A DNA stretch of 64,000 nt from Methanobacteriota archaeon. Its GTDB lineage: Archaea > Thermoplasmatota > Thermoplasmata > SG8-5 > JAGLSY01. Made by a program: the position numbers and the translations under genes. The notes under the pieces are model-generated. The model saw nothing but the letters and a program-made list of their open reading frames with translations. It was not told the DNA's origin and ran no database searches. The DNA is taken from positions 87,615-151,614 of the forward strand of contig JAEHCQ010000003.1 in NCBI GenBank assembly GCA_020696385.1, written 5' to 3'. Shown here in pieces: positions 8,894-18,679 of this stretch; within the stretch, counting starts at the first letter, position 1; every line of letters starts with the position of its first letter.

Positions 8894-9733
8894 TCAATCA
8901 AGGGATGTAAGTGCACAACATCCATCCCTTTCATTATACTTGATAGTCTCATCATCCAGCTTTTTTCTGAACCTGCCCGAGGGCATTGCCAGTGCCTGCA
9001 ATCTGCCAGATCTTGCCAGCTCGACAGGTATCTCCAGGTTCCGGGGTCTCATGCATCCGATCCCCAGCTTGATATTATCCGGTAATCTCTCAGTCGCATA
9101 TCCCAGGACCTCGTAGAAATATTCCACATCCACCGAAGTGGAATGATCGAGCCCCGGAGTTTGCATGAGCGCGTTCAGAACCACCATCTTGGGATTGAAA
9201 TCCGCTATCATGTCAATGGCCGCGCCCTCTCCGGAATCCAATCCACGATCAAGGCCAATGGTCACATGCGGAACATAATTCAGTTCCGCATCTTCCAATC
9301 TTGACATCAGTGCTTCAAAATCCCAGGGGCCAGCATCCAGGCCGTAGACATTCTTCACGGCCTGTTGGGAGCCGCAGATATCGATGGAAACGATATCTGG
9401 TTTTATCTTATTCAGGGCCAGTATATCATCCGGACCTATCAGGCCAGTATGCATATTCAAGATCAGATCAGTGTCCTGTTTTATCCGAGCCAGTGTTTCA
9501 TAATGGTTATCCAGGGGAACTTTTCCCTTTGTGTCGCATCCTCCGCTTATCAGCATGCCGATGCCGGAATTGGCGGCCAGTTCAATTGCTTTGTTGTACA
9601 GAATATTGGGATCACTGGCCGGTGTCATGTGCTTAAGAAATGCGCCTTGGCAATGCCGGCATTCCAATTCGCATTCTGTGTCAGTCACCGATACAGAAAG
9701 AAAATTCCTGCCAGGATGGTAAAGAGTGAGCAT
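8894..9733 (-). CDS. Radical SAM protein, LipS1-like (non-LipA lipoyl synthase subunit)
   Basis: CELECRHC (CX3CX2C), LISGG..G.VPL, NMHTG, GCMRP and a C-terminal CC. Lies near gcvP. Confidence 0.7.
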   Translation of the reverse strand: MLTLYHPGRNFLSVSVTDTECELECRHCQGAFLKHMTPASDPNILYNKAIELAANSGIGMLISGGCDTKGKVPLDNHYETLARIKQDTDLILNMHTGLIGPDDILALNKIKPDIVSIDICGSQQAVKNVYGLDAGPWDFEALMSRLEDAELNYVPHVTIGLDRGLDSGEGAAIDMIADFNPKMVVLNALMQTPGLDHSTSVDVEYFYEVLGYATERLPDNIKLGIGCMRPRNLEIPVELARSGRLQALAMPSGRFRKKLDDETIKYNERDGCCALTSLD

Positions 9734-10987
9734 TCACATCGCCTCGCTGGCATATCTGACCTTTATGAGGCCGTAGCCGTAATAGTCATCGTGCGGAGTA
9801 TCCTGGTCGTCCAGTTTTTCAGAGGTTTCCATCAGGATCGTCTTGAGCTCGACCACCTTTTCCGGGCCTGTCTTAATCATGTAGCTCGGGTGAGCCTCGA
9901 GAAGAAGTGCCAGTGATCCAGATACGAAGGCAGCTGCCGGGGAAGTGCCATCAATATCGACATAGCTCTCATCGAGGTACGTGGTGGCTATCCTCACACC
10001 TGGAGCGACGATCTCCGGCTTCATATTCGGATCCTCCCTGTCATCACTCGACATCCGGGGTCGACCATCATTGTCACCAATTGAGCTGAAGTCCGCGATT
10101 GTCAGCGAGCTATCAATCGCGCCGACAGCGATGACCAGTTCCTCGGTTGCTGGACTTCCCACATCACCATCATCATCCAGGCCATCATTGCCTGCGGAAG
10201 CGACCACGAATATACCGCTATTGGCCGCCTTACGAGCGGCCAATTTGACCTCGTCACTGTCCCAGAACCGTTTTGATTCGGGACCGCCCAGAGATAGTGA
10301 AATAATATCCGCGCCATCAGAAAGATCGCCATCACCATTCGGATCCATACAAAATTCTATGCCAGATACAACATCCGCGGGGTCTCCAAGGCCATCGGAA
10401 TCTATGGCCTTGACAACTATGAGCTTTGCCTCATTGGCAATTCCCTGAAGGTCACCATCTGCGATGATTATGCCGGCCATGGCAGTCCCGTGGCCGTCGT
10501 CATCGTATGGATCGGCCTCCCCATTGACATAATCCTTCCACTCCATAATGCAATTCGGGTCTATGTCTGGATGAGTAGTATCAATGCCGGAATCCACAAT
10601 GCCTATCACGATACCATTTCCGTGATAGCCAAGTGCATTCATCTCATCAACCTGGGTGACATCACATGCCCACTCAGAACATGTGATGTCCGTGCTTGGG
10701 TTTAACCAATCAGGTAAGCCACTATTATCAGGCAGGACGAATACCCAGTAGTAGAGAAATACAAGGCAGAAAACAATAACAACCACCAGAAAGATTATGA
10801 AAACCTGTTTGAGAATATTGGTTCTCCTACCTGGCACACCACGGCCAGCGGTTGGATGTGGTTGCGTAGGCGCAGTTTGCGCAGGCGCAGTTTGCGCAGG
10901 CGCATTGGAAGGCGGCTGCGACGATGGTGGTGGAGGAGGCGGTAGAGTTGATGCAGGAGATGATGGTGGCTGTTGCATATTCATCAT
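9734..10987 (-). CDS. Membrane-anchored subtilisin-like S8 serine protease
   Basis: Catalytic triad IVDSGID / GHGTAMAG / GTSPA, oxyanion SAGN. Pro-rich N-tail with APAQT repeats, then a TM helix. Confidence 0.92.
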   Translation of the reverse strand: MMNMQQPPSSPASTLPPPPPPSSQPPSNAPAQTAPAQTAPTQPHPTAGRGVPGRRTNILKQVFIIFLVVVIVFCLVFLYYWVFVLPDNSGLPDWLNPSTDITCSEWACDVTQVDEMNALGYHGNGIVIGIVDSGIDTTHPDIDPNCIMEWKDYVNGEADPYDDDGHGTAMAGIIIADGDLQGIANEAKLIVVKAIDSDGLGDPADVVSGIEFCMDPNGDGDLSDGADIISLSLGGPESKRFWDSDEVKLAARKAANSGIFVVASAGNDGLDDDGDVGSPATEELVIAVGAIDSSLTIADFSSIGDNDGRPRMSSDDREDPNMKPEIVAPGVRIATTYLDESYVDIDGTSPAAAFVSGSLALLLEAHPSYMIKTGPEKVVELKTILMETSEKLDDQDTPHDDYYGYGLIKVRYASEAM

Positions 10988-11026
10988 TATAGATATAGTG
11001 AATTAAAGATATAAACATATAGATGA

Positions 11027-11242
11027 CAGAGCATATTTCAGCAATAGCATATGCATTCGAGCATGCCCCGTCCCGAGTGACGCAGGGGCGGGGTACTATA
11101 TTCGATGACCCAGCGAGTGACAGTTGCGATGTCCCAGCAAAAAGATGAACTCCTCGCTCCCCTAAAAGCGAGGAGGGAATGAAGCCCCGCCTCGATTAAA
11201 GCAGGGGCGGGGTCTTTATCCACACCCAGCTTAACAAATCCG
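11027..11242 (+). mobile_element. Non-autonomous multi-hairpin repeat element, copy A
   Basis: Three hairpins: GCCCCGTCCC/GGGGCGGGGT, CTCCTCGC/GCGAGGAG, GCCCCGCCTC/GGGGCGGGGT. Colinear with 49971-50192 and 33050-33225. Confidence 0.7.
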
Positions 11243-11284
11243 AGCAAATCAGCGCAGTGAGAATTGCAAAAAAATGAGTACGAT

Positions 11285-11602
11285 TCAAACCCCGAACCCA
11301 TCATCCAACTGGCTTCTGGCTTCCTTCTGCAATGTCAATTCCTCTTCCCACTGGTCAAGTGTGTCGAAGGTTTCTTTCAAAAGTCTAAGGCAATCTATGC
11401 ATATCCATCGCTTCCCGATATTCTTCATGGATCTCTTTCTATAGCATATCTCATCGCAGAGCCAGCAGGTGTGCATTTCTTTGGTACGGTGCTCCGCGTA
11501 GGCTTCCATCTTCCGACCCTCGACAATGCTCTCTATGACCATTCGTCTGCGATCGGTCTCCTCGGTCTTGAGGTCAGGGGTTTGCTGTTCTTCATCTGCC
11601 AT
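11285..11602 (-). CDS. Small hypothetical zinc-binding protein
   Basis: CWLC...CIDC pairs, charged helical termini. Confidence 0.7.
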   Translation of the reverse strand: MADEEQQTPDLKTEETDRRRMVIESIVEGRKMEAYAEHRTKEMHTCWLCDEICYRKRSMKNIGKRWICIDCLRLLKETFDTLDQWEEELTLQKEARSQLDDGFGV

Positions 11603-11845
11603 GTGATAGCCTTACTGAATTTGTACCATACCACTCTAGCATGGTGCGAATTATGTAAGGACTCAAATAAGGCCTTAGCCTTGTGGAGTCCTCGCATCCT
11701 TACGATTGTAGATAATGATTGAACATATAAATTTGTCCCTCGATATTATCAAAACATAATTGTGCAAAAAAATGAACAGCCAGTATAATATTTATATTAT
11801 GAATTACATTGACTTGCTTATACTATTTAGGACGCGGGTGATTAC

Positions 11846-14800
11846 ATGCATTCTGAAGATATGGACAAAAATGTTAACAATGATGAATTTGATAGTGACA
11901 TCTCAATTGATGAAATAGAAGTTATTGACGATACTGTTAAAATCGATACCATTGATAATGATAAAATCATTGATGATACAGGTAAAACTGATATCATTGT
12001 CGATGATGAGATCATTGACGATGATGAGATCATTGACGATGATAAGATCATTGACGATGATAAGATCATTGATGATGATGATATCATTGACGATGATAAG
12101 ATCATTGACGATGATAAGATCATTGATGATGCGGAAACCATCGATGAAACAGAGATCATCAATGATAGCGAACCAGAGGCCGACACAAAAAAGCCAACTA
12201 CCAAAAGCAGTGGTCATAAAGCAAGCAAGAAGATCAACAAGAATGCATTGGCATCTATCTTCATCGTTATCATCATGATATCAGGATCCTTCTATGCTGG
12301 CATACTTTACGGCATGGAGGATAAGGACTCGGATCAGGTAATTGATAAATATGATTTTGAGACTGATTCCTTTGATAACGGAGCAACACTGATCCGGAAG
12401 GATGTGAAGATCCCTGAAGAGTCCGACGAGGTCTCGGAGATCACCATAACCAATGACACGATCTCCTTTGATTATTCCACAGATACTGGGGCTCCAGATT
12501 ACTCCGAAGGAGATATCGTCACAGGAACTGATGGCGATGGGTATCTCAGAAGGATCGTCAACATTACCAATGAAGACGGCAAGGTCGTGGCTGACACGGA
12601 GCCAGTGGGTCTTGACGAGGTGATCCTGAAAGGCGAGTTCAATGCCACTGATAGCCTTATGATAGACAATGGCACAAGAGGATGGGATCTGACATCGATC
12701 AATCATCAAGAGATCAAGATAGATACACCAATTGCTAGCGGTGTCATTTCCACAAAATTCTATTATGAGGAATTTTCAGCCTATACCTACGCCAGGTATG
12801 ACTGGGGATTGAAGGAATTCACATACTCGCTCCATGAAAAAATGGTCTTTGAAATAGATTTTAATATTACATTGAAGGGCGAATGGAAATTCGACCCAAA
12901 GGATATGCCTGGATTATTCCCACAGCCCAAATTCAATTCATTCACCATCTGGCTTGGCGGAATACCTTTGGTCATGCAGCCGCAATTCGAATGGGGCCCG
13001 ATCATCGAATTGGCAGCAAATGGTCAATTCAATACAGGTGTGAAAGTCACTGTTGATAGAACATCTGGATTGTCATTCTATGATGGGAAATGGACGGATC
13101 TTGCTTCGGAGTCACGTACCGAGGAATGGAAGCCGATGACATTTGTCTTCAGCTTCACTGCAAAATTAGGGATCTATGCGGATTTCGAAATACTTCTATA
13201 CGGTGCTGTTGGCCCTTTCATTAGAGGAGAAGTATATTTCTTATTTACCTGGACGCCCACCACGAATCCAACCTTGAATATCGATTTCGTGCTTGATATT
13301 TACGCAGGCCTGAGGTTCAAGATCGAATTCAATTACTGGAGCTGGTCCTTCTGGGGTGGATGGAAACAGAAAACAGGAACTCTGTTCAGTATTGAGCAAT
13401 CTATGCACATATTCAATTTGAGAGTCGATGTATATGATAGTCCATACGAATGGCCTCCTGAACCTCCGAATAACCTAAGAGCGGAGGTTCCGGACCCAAG
13501 CCAAGAAGAGATCTGGGTCAGGTTCGATCCCATTGAAAACGAAAGATGGCCAGAGGCCTCGAGATGGAATATATACAGGAACGGAGAGCGATTGGTATTC
13601 CATACCAATCCCTATTCAGGGATCGAGGTAGATTATATCAAGCCAATGTTTTCAAGAAGTGCCAGGTATAATGAGGTCCTCAGTCAAAAGATGTTCCTTG
13701 AAGATGATCAGCTACCTGAACCTGGAGAGGAGACTTTCATAATCTGGGGTAGATCCATAGACCTGTTTGATGATGGTGCATCCGAGGTCATATTTATCGA
13801 TAAGAATGTGGAACCTGGTGAGACGTACGTATACCACATAATTCCTTCAAGCTATCGTGGGGAAGGAAATATCAGTGATTTCGCTGTTATCAGATTCCCG
13901 ACGAATCCATCCGTGCCAAGAAGCTTCACCGCTTCCCCATCATGGAACGAGACAGGTCCCGGAAATTTCTCACACAATATCACCTTGACATGGCAGGAGC
14001 CAGATGATGATGGTGAACTACCAATTGAGAATTACATGCTCTACAAGGGGACACAGCCAGATTTCATGAACACTCAAACCTACCAAACCTTCACACTGGA
14101 CAATGTAACCTCCTATGTGGATGAAGATGTGGTCAAAGGCCAGTCGTATTATTACATGATAATGGCCGGTAATGGTCATCTCTGGAGTTCTCGCACTACT
14201 GAGATTACAACAACCGCCTTCACACCACCCGGATCCATATCCAATCTGACCGCGATCTCAGGGGACGATTATGCGAACATGACCTGGGTAGCTCCAGATG
14301 ATGACGGTGGATCACCGATCACAGGTTATCAGATACAAAGGAACCCGGAACCAAAAACCTTCCTTGTTGGCAATGTAACCAGTTTCAATGATACCAGCGT
14401 TACAAATGGAATTACCTACACATACTCCATCACTGCCGTTAATGAGGAGTTCGGCGCCACCACGCCAGTGGTCGTATCCTCCACACCTCTAAGCACGCCT
14501 TCCGCACCATACGACCTGAATGCGGTCGAAGGAGTAGCGTCTGTTGATCTTTCATGGAGCCCTCCATCGGATATTGGAGGTTCGCCAGTGACCAATTACA
14601 ACATATACAGAGGCACAACGCCAGGTAATGAAGTTTTCATTACCCAGATAGGTGACCTGACCAATTACAATGACCCGGGTCTTGTCAATGGCCAGGTATA
14701 TTATTACAAGGTAAGTGCGGTCAATATCGTTGGTGAGAGCGGTCTTTCAACCGAGATTAGCTCAATTCCGAGAACAATTCCGGATGCGCCACAGACATTG

Positions 14801-17800
14801 ACAGTCACTGCTGGCGATGGCTATGCGGATCTTTCATGGAGTGCGCCAGCATTCGATGGTGGTTCAGGTGTCACAGCATACAAGATATACAAGGGAACCG
14901 CACCAGGTGGTGAGGCATTCTTCGTCCAGATAGGCAATACACTGGGCTATAATGATACGGCCGTGGCCAATGGCCAGGTGTATTATTACCAGGTTACCGC
15001 AGTTAATGTCGCTGGAGAAGGAGCATTATCAAATGAGGCCAGTGACACACCTGGACGAATACCAGATGCACCACAGACACTGACAGTCAATGCGGGAGAT
15101 AGTTATGCGACACTTAATTGGCTGGCTCCAGCCTTTGATGGTGGCTTCCCGGTGACGAATTACAGAATATACAGGGGAACAAGCCCCGGTGGTGAGGCAT
15201 TCCTTGTCATGATAGGTAATTCACTAACCTTCAATGATACTTCTGTGACCAATGGCCAGATATATTATTATCAGGTTGCCGCGGTCAATTCAGAGGGCGA
15301 GGGATCCATATCGAATGAGGCCAGCGATACACCGCTGGCCATCTCATCAGCCCCACTCACACCCTCCACCATATCAGGGGACCAGTATGTGCAATTGAGC
15401 TGGACAATACCAGCGGACAATGGCGGCACCCCGGTGACGAATTACAGAATATACAGGGGAACAAGCCCTGGTGGAGAGACATTCCTCATCGAGATAGGCA
15501 ACCAGCTTAGCTACAATGATACCGCCCTGGCAAATGGCCAGATATATTATTACAGGGTATCTGCAAAGAATGTAGTAGGTGAGGGGGCAATGTCATCCGA
15601 GGTCAGTGATACACCTCTGGCCATTCCAAACTCCCCTCAATCCCTTGTGGCAGTACCTGGCGATACCATAGTGGATCTCGGCTGGAACGCACCAGCCATT
15701 GATGGCGGGACACCAGTGACCAATTACAATATCTACAGAGGAACAAGCCCAGGTACCGAGGTATTCCTTACCCAGATAGGTCCAGTGACCACATACAATG
15801 ATAATACTCTGGTAAATGGTCAAATATACTATTATCAGGTAAGCGCGGTCAATGTGATCGGAGAGGGAACTCTATCCGGTGAGACATCGGCGATCCCGGT
15901 CAATGTACCTGGAACCCCATTGAACCCAGTCACTACGGATGGTGATGAATATGTCGATATCACATGGGATGCACCATCAGATATTGGCGGAACTCCAGTT
16001 GTGAATTACCGCGTGTACAGGGGAACGAGCCCAGGCACGGAGGTATTCCTGACCGAGATAGGCAATATCACCAATTTCAATGACACTGGCCTCGTCAATG
16101 GCCAGTCATATTATTATCAGATCAGCGCAGTCAATGCGGTCGGTGAAGGAGCCCTATCAACAGAGACCAACGGAACAGCCAGAGCAACCCCAGATGCTCC
16201 AACCGGCCTGGTAGCGATTGCCAATAATGGAGGCATGAACCTCACCTGGCAGCCGCCGCTTATAGACGGCGGATTCCCGGTACTGGATTATTCCGTATAT
16301 CGAGGTACATCGCCAGGAAACGAAGTTTTCCTCGCTTCTGTAGGCGGTCCAACAACAAGCTTCGATGACAGTGGTTTGATAAATGGCCAGATATATTATT
16401 ACAAGGTCACGGCGAGCAATATTGTCGGAGAAGGTGGCATGTCGAACGAGGCCAGTGATATTCCAAAGGCCGTACCTTCTGAGCCTTTGTCCCTGTCAAC
16501 AACCTCTGGCGCGGGATATGTCGAGCTCAGCTGGCTGGCACCTTCAGATCCTGGAGGCGGAACGATATCCAATTACAACATATACAGAGGAATGGCAGAA
16601 GGCGGTGAGATGTTCCTCACCCAGATAGGAAATGTCACGACCTACAACAATACTGGATTGATCAATGGCGATACCTATCACTACAAGGTCACGGCAGCCA
16701 ATGAGATAGGAGCAGGACCAATGTCCAATGGTGCCAATGACACACCACTGGCACCTCCATCCGAACCATATGGATTGGCAACTGAGAGCGGTGATGGATA
16801 TGTGAACATCACCTGGCAAGTGCCATCTCTCGATGGAGGAACAACGATCACCGGCTACCGTATATATCGAGGTACTTCTCCAGGAGGAGCGGTATTCCTC
16901 ACTCAGATAGGAAATATACTCTATCTGAATGACACTGGCCTGACCAATGGCGTCACCTATTATTACAATGTCAGCGCGGTCAATGTGATAGGCGAAGGCC
17001 AATTATCTTCAGAGACTGACGACACACCACATGACCTGCCTACTGCTCCACAGACATTGTCAGCAATTGCTGGCGATGAATATGTCAATCTAACATGGGC
17101 GGCTCCAGCTGACCTGGGTGGATTCCCAGTCATCAATTACAAGATATACAAGGGAACCAGCCCAGGTACCGAAGTGTTCCTTACACAGATCGGCAACCTG
17201 ACATATTTCACAGACACTGCGATAAATGGCTGGACCACTTACTATTACAAGGTAAGTGCAGTGACCGGCATTGGAGAAGGCCCATTGTCCAATGAGGCCA
17301 ATGACTCGCCGAACTCGAAGCCAGATGCACCATCCAATCTGGCAGAGGTATCTGGTGTCACCTTTGTGAATCTGACATGGGATGCGCCTCTTGATGGTGG
17401 TTATCCCGTGACCAATTACAATATCTACAGAGGGAACACATCGGGAACTGAAACATACCTGGCCACGGTCGGAGTCCAGCTTTATTACAATGATTCCGCA
17501 CTTAGTCCGTGGGATGATTATTACTACACGGTAAGCGCGATAAACCTGCTTGGCGAGGGACTCAATTCCAGTGAGATATTTGGAGTTCCACAGTGCGTTC
17601 CATATGCACCCCAGAACCTCACGGCCTTCATCAATAATGTGGTGATCGACCTGACATGGGATGATCCTGCATTATTCACCCCCATAGATTCATATTACAT
17701 ATACAGGGGCAATGAGAGCGGCAATCTGACATATTATGATCAGGTGTTCTACCCAGATACAACGTACACCGATGAAAATCCGATATTCAACCAGATACAT

Positions 17801-18613
17801 TTCTATGCAATTGCAGGTGTGAATATCGCAGGTGTGGGGGCAATGTCCAATGAGGATAATATAACGATCTCACCACCGATTGGCCCCATCTCGATAGATG
17901 GAGATATTGACTTCGCCGCTCAGGCAGTGACCTATGGGTGGGCAGGAGCTGGTATTCCTCTCGATCCATATATCATCGAGAATGTGGATATCGATTCCAC
18001 CACAGGTGATGGAATAACCATAATGAACACAAATGCGGACTTCATAATCAGATATGTCAATATATTTGGAGACCAGTCCTTCGGTGGAATTACCTTGATG
18101 AATGTCAATAATGGAGCAATAGAGAATACCACCATGGAGTTCAATTTTGGAGGGATCATACTTGACACGACCTCGAACATCAAGATCCGTGACAGCAGGA
18201 TCTCGAACAATACCATGGATGCCGTAATGATATTCGCATCCAGTAATATCGATTTCATAAAGAACAATATATCCAATTCTGCCACTGGGATCATGTTTGA
18301 TACGTCAAATAATATCAATATCACATTCAATGACATATGCAATAATAGTAATGGGGTAATGATAGATATGAACTCCAATACCAATGTGATCATCTATAAC
18401 AATTTCATCGGGAACACGGTGCAGGCAATGGATGAGGACATGAGTATGAGCAATATTTGGGATGATATGTCCTTCAGTGGAAATTACTGGAGCGATTATA
18501 CGGATGTGGATATCGCACCAATGGATGGTGTCTGGGACACCCCGTATTTCATATCTGGCGCGGCCTCCGCAATGGATACCTTCGCATTGGTGGACCCTGT
18601 TATTCCGCCCTGA
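11846..18613 (+). CDS. 2255-aa type II membrane-anchored surface protein with many Fn3 repeats and a C-terminal NosD/CASH beta-helix
   Basis: Acidic DDDKII-repeat N-tail, one TM helix, more than 12 W..P..DGG.P...Y.IYRG Fn3 units, GNYWSDY C-terminus. Confidence 0.92.
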   Translation: MHSEDMDKNVNNDEFDSDISIDEIEVIDDTVKIDTIDNDKIIDDTGKTDIIVDDEIIDDDEIIDDDKIIDDDKIIDDDDIIDDDKIIDDDKIIDDAETIDETEIINDSEPEADTKKPTTKSSGHKASKKINKNALASIFIVIIMISGSFYAGILYGMEDKDSDQVIDKYDFETDSFDNGATLIRKDVKIPEESDEVSEITITNDTISFDYSTDTGAPDYSEGDIVTGTDGDGYLRRIVNITNEDGKVVADTEPVGLDEVILKGEFNATDSLMIDNGTRGWDLTSINHQEIKIDTPIASGVISTKFYYEEFSAYTYARYDWGLKEFTYSLHEKMVFEIDFNITLKGEWKFDPKDMPGLFPQPKFNSFTIWLGGIPLVMQPQFEWGPIIELAANGQFNTGVKVTVDRTSGLSFYDGKWTDLASESRTEEWKPMTFVFSFTAKLGIYADFEILLYGAVGPFIRGEVYFLFTWTPTTNPTLNIDFVLDIYAGLRFKIEFNYWSWSFWGGWKQKTGTLFSIEQSMHIFNLRVDVYDSPYEWPPEPPNNLRAEVPDPSQEEIWVRFDPIENERWPEASRWNIYRNGERLVFHTNPYSGIEVDYIKPMFSRSARYNEVLSQKMFLEDDQLPEPGEETFIIWGRSIDLFDDGASEVIFIDKNVEPGETYVYHIIPSSYRGEGNISDFAVIRFPTNPSVPRSFTASPSWNETGPGNFSHNITLTWQEPDDDGELPIENYMLYKGTQPDFMNTQTYQTFTLDNVTSYVDEDVVKGQSYYYMIMAGNGHLWSSRTTEITTTAFTPPGSISNLTAISGDDYANMTWVAPDDDGGSPITGYQIQRNPEPKTFLVGNVTSFNDTSVTNGITYTYSITAVNEEFGATTPVVVSSTPLSTPSAPYDLNAVEGVASVDLSWSPPSDIGGSPVTNYNIYRGTTPGNEVFITQIGDLTNYNDPGLVNGQVYYYKVSAVNIVGESGLSTEISSIPRTIPDAPQTLTVTAGDGYADLSWSAPAFDGGSGVTAYKIYKGTAPGGEAFFVQIGNTLGYNDTAVANGQVYYYQVTAVNVAGEGALSNEASDTPGRIPDAPQTLTVNAGDSYATLNWLAPAFDGGFPVTNYRIYRGTSPGGEAFLVMIGNSLTFNDTSVTNGQIYYYQVAAVNSEGEGSISNEASDTPLAISSAPLTPSTISGDQYVQLSWTIPADNGGTPVTNYRIYRGTSPGGETFLIEIGNQLSYNDTALANGQIYYYRVSAKNVVGEGAMSSEVSDTPLAIPNSPQSLVAVPGDTIVDLGWNAPAIDGGTPVTNYNIYRGTSPGTEVFLTQIGPVTTYNDNTLVNGQIYYYQVSAVNVIGEGTLSGETSAIPVNVPGTPLNPVTTDGDEYVDITWDAPSDIGGTPVVNYRVYRGTSPGTEVFLTEIGNITNFNDTGLVNGQSYYYQISAVNAVGEGALSTETNGTARATPDAPTGLVAIANNGGMNLTWQPPLIDGGFPVLDYSVYRGTSPGNEVFLASVGGPTTSFDDSGLINGQIYYYKVTASNIVGEGGMSNEASDIPKAVPSEPLSLSTTSGAGYVELSWLAPSDPGGGTISNYNIYRGMAEGGEMFLTQIGNVTTYNNTGLINGDTYHYKVTAANEIGAGPMSNGANDTPLAPPSEPYGLATESGDGYVNITWQVPSLDGGTTITGYRIYRGTSPGGAVFLTQIGNILYLNDTGLTNGVTYYYNVSAVNVIGEGQLSSETDDTPHDLPTAPQTLSAIAGDEYVNLTWAAPADLGGFPVINYKIYKGTSPGTEVFLTQIGNLTYFTDTAINGWTTYYYKVSAVTGIGEGPLSNEANDSPNSKPDAPSNLAEVSGVTFVNLTWDAPLDGGYPVTNYNIYRGNTSGTETYLATVGVQLYYNDSALSPWDDYYYTVSAINLLGEGLNSSEIFGVPQCVPYAPQNLTAFINNVVIDLTWDDPALFTPIDSYYIYRGNESGNLTYYDQVFYPDTTYTDENPIFNQIHFYAIAGVNIAGVGAMSNEDNITISPPIGPISIDGDIDFAAQAVTYGWAGAGIPLDPYIIENVDIDSTTGDGITIMNTNADFIIRYVNIFGDQSFGGITLMNVNNGAIENTTMEFNFGGIILDTTSNIKIRDSRISNNTMDAVMIFASSNIDFIKNNISNSATGIMFDTSNNINITFNDICNNSNGVMIDMNSNTNVIIYNNFIGNTVQAMDEDMSMSNIWDDMSFSGNYWSDYTDVDIAPMDGVWDTPYFISGAASAMDTFALVDPVIPP
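11959..12130 (+). repeat. 18-bp coding minisatellite (DDDKII/DDDEII)
   Basis: Tandem gatgat(a/g)agatcattga(c/t) units. Confidence 0.9.
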
Positions 18614-18679
18614 TCTTCCCATTTCCAACCAAATCTTTATTTAACGCAATCTATTTCCACCTCGCGCACAGGTGAGAGA

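Noticed and set aside
11038-11304. ORFs across the hairpin element (also 49925-50290 and the extension of the 31883 ORF to 33163)
   Set aside because: Frames and strands are not conserved between copies; conservation follows stems, not codons.
18661-18673. CTCGCGCACAGGT matching part of the 64-bp repeat (minus strand)
   Set aside because: Short match overlapping an ordinary AGGTGA RBS, with no flanking similarity.
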